Shown here in pieces: positions 11,306 through 20,529 of a stretch of DNA of 64,000 bases. The position numbers were made by a program, and so were the translations under genes. The DNA is from Candidatus Eiseniibacteriota bacterium (GTDB taxonomy: Bacteria > Eisenbacteria > RBG-16-71-46). Below the pieces are notes generated by a model that ran no database searches, had not been told where the DNA came from, and saw only the letters and a list, made by a program, of their open reading frames with translations. The stretch spans positions 2,528,001 to 2,592,000 of the forward strand of contig OY970178.1 of assembly GCA_963707915.1 (NCBI GenBank), read 5' to 3'. Position 1 is the first letter of the stretch. Each line of letters begins with the position of its first letter.

Positions 11306-11691
11306 GGGCCGCATCATAGCCCAGTCGCAGACTTGATTACCAGATATGGAGAGTAATCGTCGCGGTATTTGAGAGCTGTAATGGTCGCTTATTCAAGTGC
11401 CGTCAATCCTGCCGTCCAACGCAATGCCTGATTGTTGCTTTACCGTAAAGTGACCTTGTTAGCTATCAATTAATGCGCATGGCCCGGCCATGATCCATCC
11501 TACCCGTTCGGCGTGCCGCATTCATCGCGAACCGCCTCCGACCAGCGCCTCGACCGACATCGGCCGCCGGCGCCCGTGGAACCGCGGGGAGGGCTTCAGC
11601 GAGGCGCCCGACCGGGAAGCGCCCCCGTCACCCGACCGACGGAGCGCCGTCGGCCCGGCCGTCGGCCGCCCCATGTGCTAGCGTCGCGCGC

Positions 11692-12963
11692 ATGAGTCCG
11701 CGCGATCCGGCGGTGCCCACCCGGTCCCCCGAGCCCGGCGTCCCGGCCGCTTCGCGCGGCCTCCCGGGCCTGCCGCGCAACGTCGTCGCGCTGGGCTTCG
11801 TCTCGCTCCTCACCGACGTGTCCACCGAGATGATCGTCCCGGTGTTGCCGCTCTTCGTGGTCGGCGTGCTCGGGGCCTCCATGGCGAGCGTCGGCGTCAT
11901 CGAGGGCGTGGCCGAGAGCACGGCCGCGCTCATGCGGCTCGGCTCGGGTTGGCTCTCGGACCGCAGCGGGCACCGCAAGCCGTTCCTCCTGTTCGGCTAC
12001 GGCATCTCGGCCGTGGCCAAGGGCGCGCTGGCGCTGGTGCTCTCCTGGCCCATGGTGCTGGCGCTGCGCTTCGGCGACCGCGTCGGCAAGGGGCTGCGCA
12101 ATCCTCCCCGCGACGCGCTCATCGCCGACTCGGTGGAGCCGCGCTACCTGGGACGCGCGTTCGGCTTCCATCGCGGGCTCGACACGCTGGGCGCCGCCAT
12201 CGGGCCGCTGGTCGCCTTCGCCATGTTGCGCGCCTTCCCCGGCGGGTTCCGCCGCATCTTCCTGCTGTCGGTGGTGCCGGCGGCGCTCTCGCTCGTGGTG
12301 CTCGCGGTGTTCGTGAAGGCCAGGCGCCACGAAGTCGCCCGCGCCGCCGCGCCGCTCTTCGCCGAGGCCCGGGCCATGGGCGGCCCGTTCCACCGCTTCC
12401 TGCTCGTGGCCGGGCTCTTCTCGCTCGCCAACTCGAGCACCGCCTTCCTGCTGCTGCTTGCCGCCGACCGGTCGCGCGGAGCGGGCTTCGCGAGCGCGCA
12501 GGTGGCGCTGGTCTACCTGCTCTACAACCTGGTCTACGCGCTGCTCTCGTGGCCGGTGGGGGAGTTGTCCGACCGGATCGGGCGCCGCTCCATCCTGCTC
12601 GGCGCCTATCTGGTCTTCGCCGCGCTCTACGCGCTGCTCGCCTGGAGCGCGGCGCCGGTCGTCGTCGTCGTCGGCTTCGTCGTCCTCGGGCTGCACAGCG
12701 CGATGCTCGAGGCCTCGCAGCGCAGCATGCTCGGCGACCTGGTCGAGCCGGCGCGCCGCGGCACCGCGTACGGGCTCTACTACGCGGTGGTCGGCGCGGC
12801 GTTGCTGCCCGCGAGCGTCATCGCCGGCGCGCTCTGGGACCGGCTGGGCCCGCGCGCGATGCTGGCGGCGGACGCCGGCCTGGCGCTCCTCGCCGCGCTC
12901 CTCTTCGCGATTCTCCTGCCGGGGAGCCGCGAGTACAGTGATCGCCATGTCCACGCTGGGTGA
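11692..12963 (+). CDS. MFS transporter
   Basis: About 12 hydrophobic segments; motif A copies GWLSDRSGHRK and GELSDRIGRR. Confidence 0.92.
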   Translation: MSPRDPAVPTRSPEPGVPAASRGLPGLPRNVVALGFVSLLTDVSTEMIVPVLPLFVVGVLGASMASVGVIEGVAESTAALMRLGSGWLSDRSGHRKPFLLFGYGISAVAKGALALVLSWPMVLALRFGDRVGKGLRNPPRDALIADSVEPRYLGRAFGFHRGLDTLGAAIGPLVAFAMLRAFPGGFRRIFLLSVVPAALSLVVLAVFVKARRHEVARAAAPLFAEARAMGGPFHRFLLVAGLFSLANSSTAFLLLLAADRSRGAGFASAQVALVYLLYNLVYALLSWPVGELSDRIGRRSILLGAYLVFAALYALLAWSAAPVVVVVGFVVLGLHSAMLEASQRSMLGDLVEPARRGTAYGLYYAVVGAALLPASVIAGALWDRLGPRAMLAADAGLALLAALLFAILLPGSREYSDRHVHAG

Positions 12964-13972
12964 GCTGGGGGAGTTCGAGGTCATCCGCCGCCTGGCCGCG
13001 GCGCGCGGCGCCGCCGGGCCCGGTGCGGGCGTGGTGGTCGGCAGCGGCGACGACGCCGCCGTGTTGCGCCCCGCGCCGGGCACCGACCTGGTCGCGACCA
13101 CCGACGCCTTCGTCGAGGGCGGGCACTTCCTGCGCGACTGGTGCCCCGCCCGCATGGCCGGCGCGCGACTCGCGCAGGCCAACCTGAGCGACCTCGCGGC
13201 CATGGCCGCGACCCCGCGCTGGGCCCTGCTCTCGATCGGCGCCCGTCGGGACAGCGCGGTCGCCGACCTGGTCGACTTCCAGTCCGGGCTGTCCGGAGCG
13301 CTCGAGGCCGCGGACGCGGCCCTGGTGGGGGGGAACCTGACCGCGGTGGCGGGCGCCGAGTGGTACTCGCTGACGCTGCTGGGCGAGTGCGGGCGCGGGC
13401 GGGTGTGGACGCGCCGCGGCGCGCGGCCCGGGGACCTGGTCGCGGTGAGCGGTCGCCCGGGCCGCGCCGGCGCCGGTCTCGCGCTCGTCCGCGCGCTGGG
13501 CGACGGGGCGCGCGCACCGCGGTGGGCGCCGCTGCTCGAGGCCTGGCTCGCGCCGGTGGCGCGCGTGATGCTGGCGGGCGCGCTGCGCGAAGCGCCGGCG
13601 GTGACGGCGGCGATCGACGTCTCGGACGGGTTCGCCGGCGACCTCGGCCACCTGTGCGAGTCGAGCGGGGTGGGCGCCGAGGTGGACGAGCGGGCGTGGC
13701 CGGACGATGCGCTGCTCGCCGCCGCCGCGGTCGCGCTCGGGGCGGCGCCCGCGGCGCTGCGCTTCGGGCCGAGCGACGACTACGAGTTGCTGCTCGCCGT
13801 GGACCCCGCGGGGCGCGCCGCCTGCGAGCGCGCGGCCGACGCCGTCGGCGTGCCGCTGGCGTTCGTGGGCCGCTTCACCGCGGCGCCCGGCGAGCTCACG
13901 CTGCGCGCGGCGGACGGCACCGGGCGGCGGCTCGGCGGCTCGGCGTACGACCACTTCGGGCGCGCCGGCTGA
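12947..13972 (+). CDS. thiL: Thiamine-monophosphate kinase
   Basis: MSTLGELGEFEVI, GDDAAV, NLSDLAAMAA, IDVSDG, DDYELL. Confidence 0.93.
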   Translation: MSTLGELGEFEVIRRLAAARGAAGPGAGVVVGSGDDAAVLRPAPGTDLVATTDAFVEGGHFLRDWCPARMAGARLAQANLSDLAAMAATPRWALLSIGARRDSAVADLVDFQSGLSGALEAADAALVGGNLTAVAGAEWYSLTLLGECGRGRVWTRRGARPGDLVAVSGRPGRAGAGLALVRALGDGARAPRWAPLLEAWLAPVARVMLAGALREAPAVTAAIDVSDGFAGDLGHLCESSGVGAEVDERAWPDDALLAAAAVALGAAPAALRFGPSDDYELLLAVDPAGRAACERAADAVGVPLAFVGRFTAAPGELTLRAADGTGRRLGGSAYDHFGRAG

Positions 13973-14005
13973 CCGTTCGACGGGCGCCCGCGCCGGCGCG
14001 CGGAC

Positions 14006-14551
14006 TCAGGAGGCGGAGAGTCGGCCGCCGACCCGGTCGGCCGGGTGCGCGAAGCGGGCCTCGAGGTCCAGCAGCTTGCGCTTGCGGGGGAGGCCGCCGC
14101 CGTAGCCCGTCAGGCTCCCGTCCGCGCCGATGACGCGGTGGCACGGCACGACGATGGGGACGGGGTTGTGGTTGTTCGCCAGCCCGACCGCACGGGCCGC
14201 ACCGGGCCGGCCGATCGCCGCGGCGATCTGACCGTAGGAGCGCGTCTCGCCGTAGGGGATCCCGCACAGCGCTCGCCAGACCCGGACCTGGAACTCGGTC
14301 CCGGCAAGGTCCAGCGGGAGGGCGAACCTCGTCAGGTTCCCGCAGAAGTAACCGTCGAGCTGGTCCACGACCGGCTTGAGCTCGAGCAGGGAGGGCTCCC
14401 ACTTCGCGTCCGGGACGGCCTCGGCGTGGAGGGCGAAGGCCCGCTTGAGGCTCCTGCGTTCCAGGAAGTCCACGAAGCGCAGGCCGCGCTCGGTGCGGGC
14501 GAGGAAGAGCAGCCCGAGGGGCGAAGACATCACGTGGTAGGCGAGTCTCAC
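14006..14551 (-). CDS. ogt: Methylated-DNA-protein-cysteine S-methyltransferase
   Basis: GTEFQVRVW, IPYGETRSY, active-site PCHRV, GYGGG. Confidence 0.93.
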   Translation of the reverse strand: MRLAYHVMSSPLGLLFLARTERGLRFVDFLERRSLKRAFALHAEAVPDAKWEPSLLELKPVVDQLDGYFCGNLTRFALPLDLAGTEFQVRVWRALCGIPYGETRSYGQIAAAIGRPGAARAVGLANNHNPVPIVVPCHRVIGADGSLTGYGGGLPRKRKLLDLEARFAHPADRVGGRLSAS

Positions 14552-14681
14552 CCGGGCAGCATAGCGGACGCCGGAGCGGAGAGCCAAGCGGCGCGGTGGG
14601 CGCGCGGCCGCCGACGCCACGGGCGGGCGCGGGCGGGTGCTGCGGGCGAGCAGCGGCCGTCGCGGCGCCGGCCGCACCGCG

Positions 14682-16040
14682 CTACTCGATCACCAGCTCC
14701 CGCCGTTCCCAGTCGATCGTCACGCGCCGTCCACCCAGGAGGTCGCTCGAGAGCAGCCCATCGCGCCGCACGCCGTACCGCCAGAGCTCGGCCGGGTCGA
14801 GCGCGCCGGACCAGCCGTTCACCTTGTCCTTCACGAACGGGCCCATGGCGACGGTGGCCACCTGCACGCTGGCCCACGACTGGCCCTGCAGGCGGGCGCC
14901 GGCCAGCCGGACCACGCGCGCGATCGTCCCGGGCCGCGCGCCGACCTCCTCGAAGACCTCGGGCGGCGCGCCCACGCCGCAGCCCGGCATGCCGGTCTGC
15001 AGCATCATGGCCATGCGGCGGCCGCCGTTGAGCGAGGCGTGGACCGTGAGCTCGCGCTCCCCCCGCAGCTCGAAGGGGACGCGGAGCGCGGCGGCGCCAG
15101 CGGTGACGGCCGTGCCCGCGGGCCGCAGGACGAGCGCGCACTTGCGGTAGTCCAGGGTGGGGGAGAAGCGCGCGAGCAGGTTGAGCCCGATCACCCCCGC
15201 GACGCGCTCGCCACCGGGGTTGGCCTCCAGGCTCCAGCGCCGCAGCGACGTGGCGGCGGCGGGGACGCGCTCGATCCGCACGCCGCCGAGGTCGAGGCGA
15301 TCGACCAGCGCGACGCGCGCGGCGGCGCGCGTGCCGTTCCACAGCACGGGCAGCTGCTCGGGCATGAGGGTCACCCCGCAGCGCCGCGCCTCCGAGGGGT
15401 CGAGGACCATGTCGGCCAGACCGGTGTCGATGGCGAGCAGGACGTTCTGGCCATTGAGCTTCGCCTTCACGATCGGCACGGGCCAGCAGCGGATCCAGGA
15501 GAGCTGGACCGGCCCGCTCCCCGTGATCCTCCAGGCGCCTTCGGGCTCGGCGAGCCGGCGCAGCAGCGCCGCGCGCCCGGACTGTCCCGCGGCCTCGGCG
15601 AGCGTGGCGGCCGCCTCCCAGCGGCCCAGGCGGAGGGTGGCCGCGAGCAGGTCCTCGGCGGCGCCATCCACCCGTCCCGCGACCGGCGCGAGCAGGCTCT
15701 CGGCGAGCGCGGGCGAGCCCTGGAACAGGGCGATCTTGCCGAGCCCGGCCGACGCGAGCTCGTCGCCGGGCGCGAGGGCGCGGACCTGAGCGAACAACCG
15801 CCCGGCCTCGTCGAGGTCGCCGAGCCGGAGGTGGGCCACCGCCAGGGAGTCCAGGCGCTGCGCCGTGAGCGGACGGCCCGCCGTGTCGCGCACGGCGAGC
15901 CGCAGCGCCAGCTGGGCCTCGCGGAACGAGGGGTCGGGCTGGAGCCAGTCGGCGGCAGCGGGCGCGGGCAGCCCGCAGGCCAGCAGCAGCGCGAGCCGGG
16001 TGAGGACCGGGGCGAGGGTGAGGATGGGATTGCGCATCAT
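14682..16040 (-). CDS. Secreted TPR-containing retropepsin-like aspartyl protease (two aspartyl-protease domains)
   Basis: Signal peptide; TPR-like helices; LAIDTG...GVIGLNLL; second domain MLQTG...DGLLSSDLL; ATGA overlap with the upstream gene. Confidence 0.75.
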   Translation of the reverse strand: MMRNPILTLAPVLTRLALLLACGLPAPAAADWLQPDPSFREAQLALRLAVRDTAGRPLTAQRLDSLAVAHLRLGDLDEAGRLFAQVRALAPGDELASAGLGKIALFQGSPALAESLLAPVAGRVDGAAEDLLAATLRLGRWEAAATLAEAAGQSGRAALLRRLAEPEGAWRITGSGPVQLSWIRCWPVPIVKAKLNGQNVLLAIDTGLADMVLDPSEARRCGVTLMPEQLPVLWNGTRAAARVALVDRLDLGGVRIERVPAAATSLRRWSLEANPGGERVAGVIGLNLLARFSPTLDYRKCALVLRPAGTAVTAGAAALRVPFELRGERELTVHASLNGGRRMAMMLQTGMPGCGVGAPPEVFEEVGARPGTIARVVRLAGARLQGQSWASVQVATVAMGPFVKDKVNGWSGALDPAELWRYGVRRDGLLSSDLLGGRRVTIDWERRELVIE

Positions 16041-17215
16041 GCCTCCAGGTAGCGGCGGGCCACGCGCAGCAGCACCTCCGCGCCGATCGCGATGCAGCCT
16101 TCGTCCACGTCGAAACGCGGGTGGTGATGTGCCCGGGTCAGGCCCTTCTGCTCGTTGCGTGAGCCGATCGCGAGGAACGCGCCCGGCACCTCGTGCAGGA
16201 AGGCCGAGAAGTCCTCGCCCCCCATGGTCCTCAGGTTCGTCACCACGTTCTCGCGGCCGACGACCTCGGCCGCGGCCTCGTGGGCCAGCTCGGCCATCGC
16301 GGGATCGTTCACGACCGGCTGGTTGTAGCGCGTGTAGACGACCTCGGCGGTGCAGCCCAGCGCCGCGGCCACGCCGCGCACGATACGCTCGAAGCGCCCC
16401 GGCAGCTCCTGCCACAAGGCGCGGTCGAAGGTGCGAACGGTGCCGTTCATCCACGCGCTCTCGGGGATGATGTTGAAGCTCGTGCCGGCGTGCACCTGGG
16501 TCACGCTCACCACCACCTCGAGCAGCGGGTCGGTGGCCCGGCTCGCGATGGTCTGCAGGGCGGTGACGGCGTGGGCCAGCGCCACCACGGGGTCGACGCC
16601 CTGGTGGGGCGCGGCGGCGTGCGTGCCGCGGCCGGTGACGGTCACGGTGAATTCGTCCACCGAGGCCATCCAGCCGCCGCGCGAGACGCCGACCTTGCCG
16701 ACCGCGAGGTCCTGCCAGACGTGCACGCCGAAGGCCGCGTCCACCGCCGGGTCCCGCAGCACGCCGTCCGCGATCATGCCGGCCGCGCCGCCGCCCCGTT
16801 CCTCGGCGGGCTGGAAGCAGAGCTTCACCGTGCCCGGCAGCGACGGCGACTGCCGCGCCAGTTGCTTCGCGACGCCGAGCAGTCCCGCGACGTGGCAGTC
16901 GTGGCCGCAGGCGTGCATCCGCCCGTCGGTCCGCGAGCGGTAGGGGACGTCGTTCTCCTCCTGCAGGGGCAGGGCGTCCATGTCGGCGCGCAACAGGACC
17001 GTCCGTCCGGGGCGTCCGCCGGCGACGGTGGCGACCACGCCGGTGCGGCCCACCCCGGTGCGCGGCTCGAGGCCCAGCGCGCGGAGCCGGTCGGCGACGA
17101 GCGCCGCGGTGCGCACCTCCTCGAAGGCGGTCTCGGGGTGGGCGTGCAGGTCGCGACGGATCTCGACCAGCTCCTGGACGTCGGCGGCGCCGAGGATGCG
17201 GCTCGGTGCGCTCAT
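16037..17215 (-). CDS. M20D family amidohydrolase
   Basis: RRDLHAHPE, LRADMDAL, MHACGHD, FQPAEE, GGEDF, HHPRF. Confidence 0.93.
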   Translation of the reverse strand: MSAPSRILGAADVQELVEIRRDLHAHPETAFEEVRTAALVADRLRALGLEPRTGVGRTGVVATVAGGRPGRTVLLRADMDALPLQEENDVPYRSRTDGRMHACGHDCHVAGLLGVAKQLARQSPSLPGTVKLCFQPAEERGGGAAGMIADGVLRDPAVDAAFGVHVWQDLAVGKVGVSRGGWMASVDEFTVTVTGRGTHAAAPHQGVDPVVALAHAVTALQTIASRATDPLLEVVVSVTQVHAGTSFNIIPESAWMNGTVRTFDRALWQELPGRFERIVRGVAAALGCTAEVVYTRYNQPVVNDPAMAELAHEAAAEVVGRENVVTNLRTMGGEDFSAFLHEVPGAFLAIGSRNEQKGLTRAHHHPRFDVDEGCIAIGAEVLLRVARRYLEA

Positions 17216-17378
17216 GGGGGTCCCCTCCGTGGGCCGCGCGCTCCGGGGGTGGACCGCGCGGGCTCGCGTGCGGATTGCATCCTAGCGCCGCGACCGCGCG
17301 GACCGCCACCGCGAACCGGAACGCGGGCGGGCCGGGGAAGCCGCTCCCCGGCCCGCATGATGCGCCGCCCGCGGCGGA

Positions 17379-18887
17379 CTACGGCTTGGCCGTCGTGTCC
17401 GCGGGGGCCGTCTCGCCCACCTTGAGCAGGCGCCGGCGCTCGACTTCCTTCTGCAGCACTTCCTTGTTGAGCACCGTGAACTCGACCCGGCGGTTCTGCG
17501 CCTTGTTCTGGTCGCTGGTGTTCGGCACCAGCGGCCGCTCCTTGCCGTAGCCCTTCACGGTGAACCGCGTGCTGTCGATCGCCGCGTACTTGCCCTTCAT
17601 GTACGACAGGACCGATTCCGCCCGCGCCAGCGAGAGCTTCTTGTTCAGCGCCCGGCCGCCGACGTTGTCGGTGTGTCCGCCGACCTCGATCTTGAGCTGC
17701 GGCCACTGGGTCAGCAGCGTCCCGACGATGTCGAGGGGCTGGAAGGACTCCGGCTTCAGCGTGGCCTTGCCAGTGTCGAACTGGATGTTCTGGAGCCGGA
17801 TCTTGCCGGTGTCCATCAGCTCGGTCTCGCGCTCGACCAGCTCGATCACGCAGCCCACGCTGTCCACCTTGAGGCCGGCCGGCGTGTCCGGGCACTGGTC
17901 GATGCCGTCGCAGACGCCGTCGCCGTCGGCGTCGCTCGGGCAGCCCTTCGCGTCCACCGTGCAGCCCTTGGGCGTGCCGGGGCACTGGTCGACGCCGTCG
18001 CAGACGCCGTCGCCGTCGGAGTCGCTGGGGCAGCCCTTCGCGTCCACGGTGCAGCCCTTGGGCGTGTCGGCGCACTGGTCGACGCCGTCGCAGACGCCGT
18101 CGCCGTCCGCGTCCGAGGGGCAGCCCTTCGCGTCCACGGTGCAGCCCTTGGGCGTGTCGGGGCACTGGTCGATGCCGTCCAGCACGCCGTCGCCGTCGGT
18201 GTCGCTGGGGCAGCCCTTCGCGTCCACGGTCGCGCCCCGGGGCGTGTCGGGACACTTGTCGCGGCTGTCGGGCACGCCGTCACCGTCGGTGTCGCGGCCC
18301 TTCGCGCCGATGGCGAACGTCACGCCGGCGCTCAGCGTGAAATAGTTCGTGCTGGTCGCGCCGCTGCCCTGCTTGGTCAGCCAGCGCGCCTCGCGCGCCT
18401 CGAGCCTCAGGCCGACGCCGTCGCTCAGCCACAGCCGCAGGCCGCCGCCGCCCTCGACCAGGCCCTGGTTGGTGTGGATCGCGTCTTCCACCGGCGCGGT
18501 CCCCCGGTTCGCGCTCAGGCGGCCGGCGCCCCCGCCGAGGAAGAAGTAGGGACCGCCGATGCGGCTGGTCCAGGGGGTGATCATGGCATTGGCGCTGGCG
18601 TGGAGGAACGTGACGGCCAGGCCGTCCCGGACATCCTCCTGGGTGGGCGTGGCGCCGCCCGCCAACTCCAGCGCCCACAGCGGACCGAACTGGTAGCCCA
18701 AGCGGGCGCCGACGTAGGGCTTGTCCGTCAGGGGGTTCCCCGCGGGCCAGTGGAAGCCGCCGTCAAAGGTCGTGAACCCGCCCATGGGGGCCAAGTAGGG
18801 GTAACGCCCGACGGGGTCTGCCTTGGCTGCCTGCGCCGCGAGCAGGGCGACGGCGGCCAGCAGTACGGGCCAGAGACGCGCGCGCAT
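17379..18887 (-). CDS. OmpA-family protein: beta-barrel + thrombospondin type-3-like repeats + peptidoglycan-binding domain
   Basis: AAGGAG RBS; signal peptide; barrel; five DxDGDG repeats; GHTDNVG...NKKLSLARA...NRRVEF. Confidence 0.92.
   Translation of the reverse strand: MRARLWPVLLAAVALLAAQAAKADPVGRYPYLAPMGGFTTFDGGFHWPAGNPLTDKPYVGARLGYQFGPLWALELAGGATPTQEDVRDGLAVTFLHASANAMITPWTSRIGGPYFFLGGGAGRLSANRGTAPVEDAIHTNQGLVEGGGGLRLWLSDGVGLRLEAREARWLTKQGSGATSTNYFTLSAGVTFAIGAKGRDTDGDGVPDSRDKCPDTPRGATVDAKGCPSDTDGDGVLDGIDQCPDTPKGCTVDAKGCPSDADGDGVCDGVDQCADTPKGCTVDAKGCPSDSDGDGVCDGVDQCPGTPKGCTVDAKGCPSDADGDGVCDGIDQCPDTPAGLKVDSVGCVIELVERETELMDTGKIRLQNIQFDTGKATLKPESFQPLDIVGTLLTQWPQLKIEVGGHTDNVGGRALNKKLSLARAESVLSYMKGKYAAIDSTRFTVKGYGKERPLVPNTSDQNKAQNRRVEFTVLNKEVLQKEVERRRLLKVGETAPADTTAKP
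17850..18293 (-). repeat. Five tandem 90-bp coding repeats (30-aa unit such as DADGDGVCDGVDQCADTPKGCTVDAKGCPS)
   Basis: Near-identical units visible at 90-bp spacing, e.g. cagcccttcgcgtccac at 17941, 18031, 18121 and 18211. Confidence 0.95.
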
Positions 18888-19058
18888 CGAATTCTCCTTG
18901 GGGTGAAAGGGCCGCCCGGGGCGCGGTGGCTCCGCGCCCGGGCGTCTACAGACTGGGCGACGATACCGACCGGGATGCGCTCTGGCAAGCACGCCGGACC
19001 GGGTCGCGGGCGAGGGTGCGGTGCGGCCCGCGCCCGCTCGGGGCGCCGGTCCGCCCGG

Positions 19059-20366
19059 TCAGAACGTCGTCTGCAGCGACAGGAAGCCCTTGTCGTGGTG
19101 ATGCCAGACCTCGTAGGGCTCCGGGTCGAGCTCGATGCCCTCGACGCCGCACACGGAAACCCGGCCGAAGCGCGCCGCCAGGCCGAAATACGCGCGCGAC
19201 TCGATGCGGGTGCCCTGGGCGGGGTGGCCGGGCTCGACGGGCCCGGCGACGCTCACGCGATCGAACAGGCCTCCCAGCCGGACGGCGAGATCCGCCCGGG
19301 CCGTCCAGCGCGCCTCCAGCTGGAGGGTCCGGTCGATCGCGTGAAAGGGAGCGTCGGCGAGCGGCGGGGCGACGTTCTGCGCGCGGTCCAGGTAGAGCCA
19401 GCGGCTCTCGACCTCGAGGCCCGGTCCCGCGGCCCGGCGCGCCGCCAGTTCGACCCGCCAGAGCCGGCGCCACCGGCGCGCGTCCCCGGTGGAAAGGTCG
19501 AGGGGCTGGTCGGTGCTGCTGGCCTGCCGGTTCTCGGTGCACAGCGTCCACGTCGTGCCCAGCGCGCGCGCCCCGAGCTCGGCGGATCCCCAGGTGCCCC
19601 ACAGCGTCTGCTCGTGGCCCGGCCCCGGGCCGCCGGTGGGGTCCACGCGCCGGCGGGCGAGCGTGAGCCAGCGGCCCTCGGTCTCCAGGTGCCAGCGCGG
19701 CCGACGCAGCGCGGCCTTGAAGGCGGGCTCCCACGGATGCCGGTCGTACGGGGAGCTGCTCTCGCCCACCCGCGTCTGGCGCCAGACCCACAGGTTGTTG
19801 AAGAGGTCCTCGAACCCGTAGACCAGCCTCAGCTGGTTGCGCGTGGTGTCGGCGCCCAGCTCCCAGGTGAGCGCGAAGTCCTGCCGCGACTTGTCGTAGT
19901 AGGGCCGGAACATCACCCCCAGCGTGCCGAGACGCTGCGGGAACAGGAACCACAACTCGAGGTTCTCGTACGAGAGCAGGTCGCTCTGGACCTCGTCGAG
20001 CCGCAGGCCGAAGCGCGCGCGGCGGCCGAGCGGGGATGCGAGCTTGAGCTGGTGGTTCGTGTACCACTGCCCCGAGGTGAAGCATCCCTGCGAGGTGCGG
20101 AAGGCCTGCGGCGCCCGTTCCCACTCCTCGCGCCACCCGGCCGGCGGGCGCGCGAGCAGGTGGTCGATGGTGCTCTCGTCGTCCTCCTCGGGCCGCTCGA
20201 CGTCGAAGCTGGAGAACTCCTCGGTCGAGCCGCGTGCCGGGGTGGCTCGGGCGGCGGGCAGCAGGGCCAGCGCGAACAAGAGCGCGAGCCGGGCCCGGGC
20301 GCCGCTGGTGCGGAACGCCGCGCCGGGGCGCCCGGCGCGCAACCGGCCGAGCGGCGATGCGTTCAA
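19059..20366 (-). CDS. Putative outer-membrane beta-barrel protein of unknown function
   Basis: GGAGGAGG then TTG at 20366; signal-like LALLFALALLPAARA; Trp/Arg-rich amphipathic strands; C-terminal ...GFLSLQTTF. Confidence 0.7.
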   Translation of the reverse strand: MNASPLGRLRAGRPGAAFRTSGARARLALLFALALLPAARATPARGSTEEFSSFDVERPEEDDESTIDHLLARPPAGWREEWERAPQAFRTSQGCFTSGQWYTNHQLKLASPLGRRARFGLRLDEVQSDLLSYENLELWFLFPQRLGTLGVMFRPYYDKSRQDFALTWELGADTTRNQLRLVYGFEDLFNNLWVWRQTRVGESSSPYDRHPWEPAFKAALRRPRWHLETEGRWLTLARRRVDPTGGPGPGHEQTLWGTWGSAELGARALGTTWTLCTENRQASSTDQPLDLSTGDARRWRRLWRVELAARRAAGPGLEVESRWLYLDRAQNVAPPLADAPFHAIDRTLQLEARWTARADLAVRLGGLFDRVSVAGPVEPGHPAQGTRIESRAYFGLAARFGRVSVCGVEGIELDPEPYEVWHHHDKGFLSLQTTF

Positions 20367-20437
20367 GGTGCCCTCCTCCGCTCGGGTGTGCGCCGGTCCC
20401 GCGCCCGGGGCGCCGCACTCCACGCCGGGGACGGAGC

Positions 20438-20447
20438 ATTGTATAGT
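20438..20447. promoter_or_regulatory. Overlapping divergent -10 elements
   Basis: ATTGTATAGT contains TATAGT on + and TACAAT on -, between two divergent genes. Confidence 0.55.
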
Positions 20448-20529
20448 CGGGACGACCGCGAGCGCCAAGGACTCCGCCTCCCCCGGGGCCCGGCCGGACC
20501 CGCGCTCCACCCTTCGAGGAACGCCGCCC

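Noticed and set aside
10337..11480. Prophage or ICE remnant suggested by a CI-like repressor and an AT-rich patch
   Set aside because: No integrase, att-like repeat, tRNA or phage gene was seen, and the gene's composition looks like the host's.
11490..11695. Small ORFs 11490..11681 and 11513..11695 as a Cro-like partner
   Set aside because: No HTH pattern, no SD, and a Pro/Arg-rich composition typical of spurious GC-rich ORFs.
17850..18293. Regularly spaced repeats as a possible CRISPR array
   Set aside because: They are contiguous in-frame 90-bp coding repeats with no unique spacers, and no cas genes are present.
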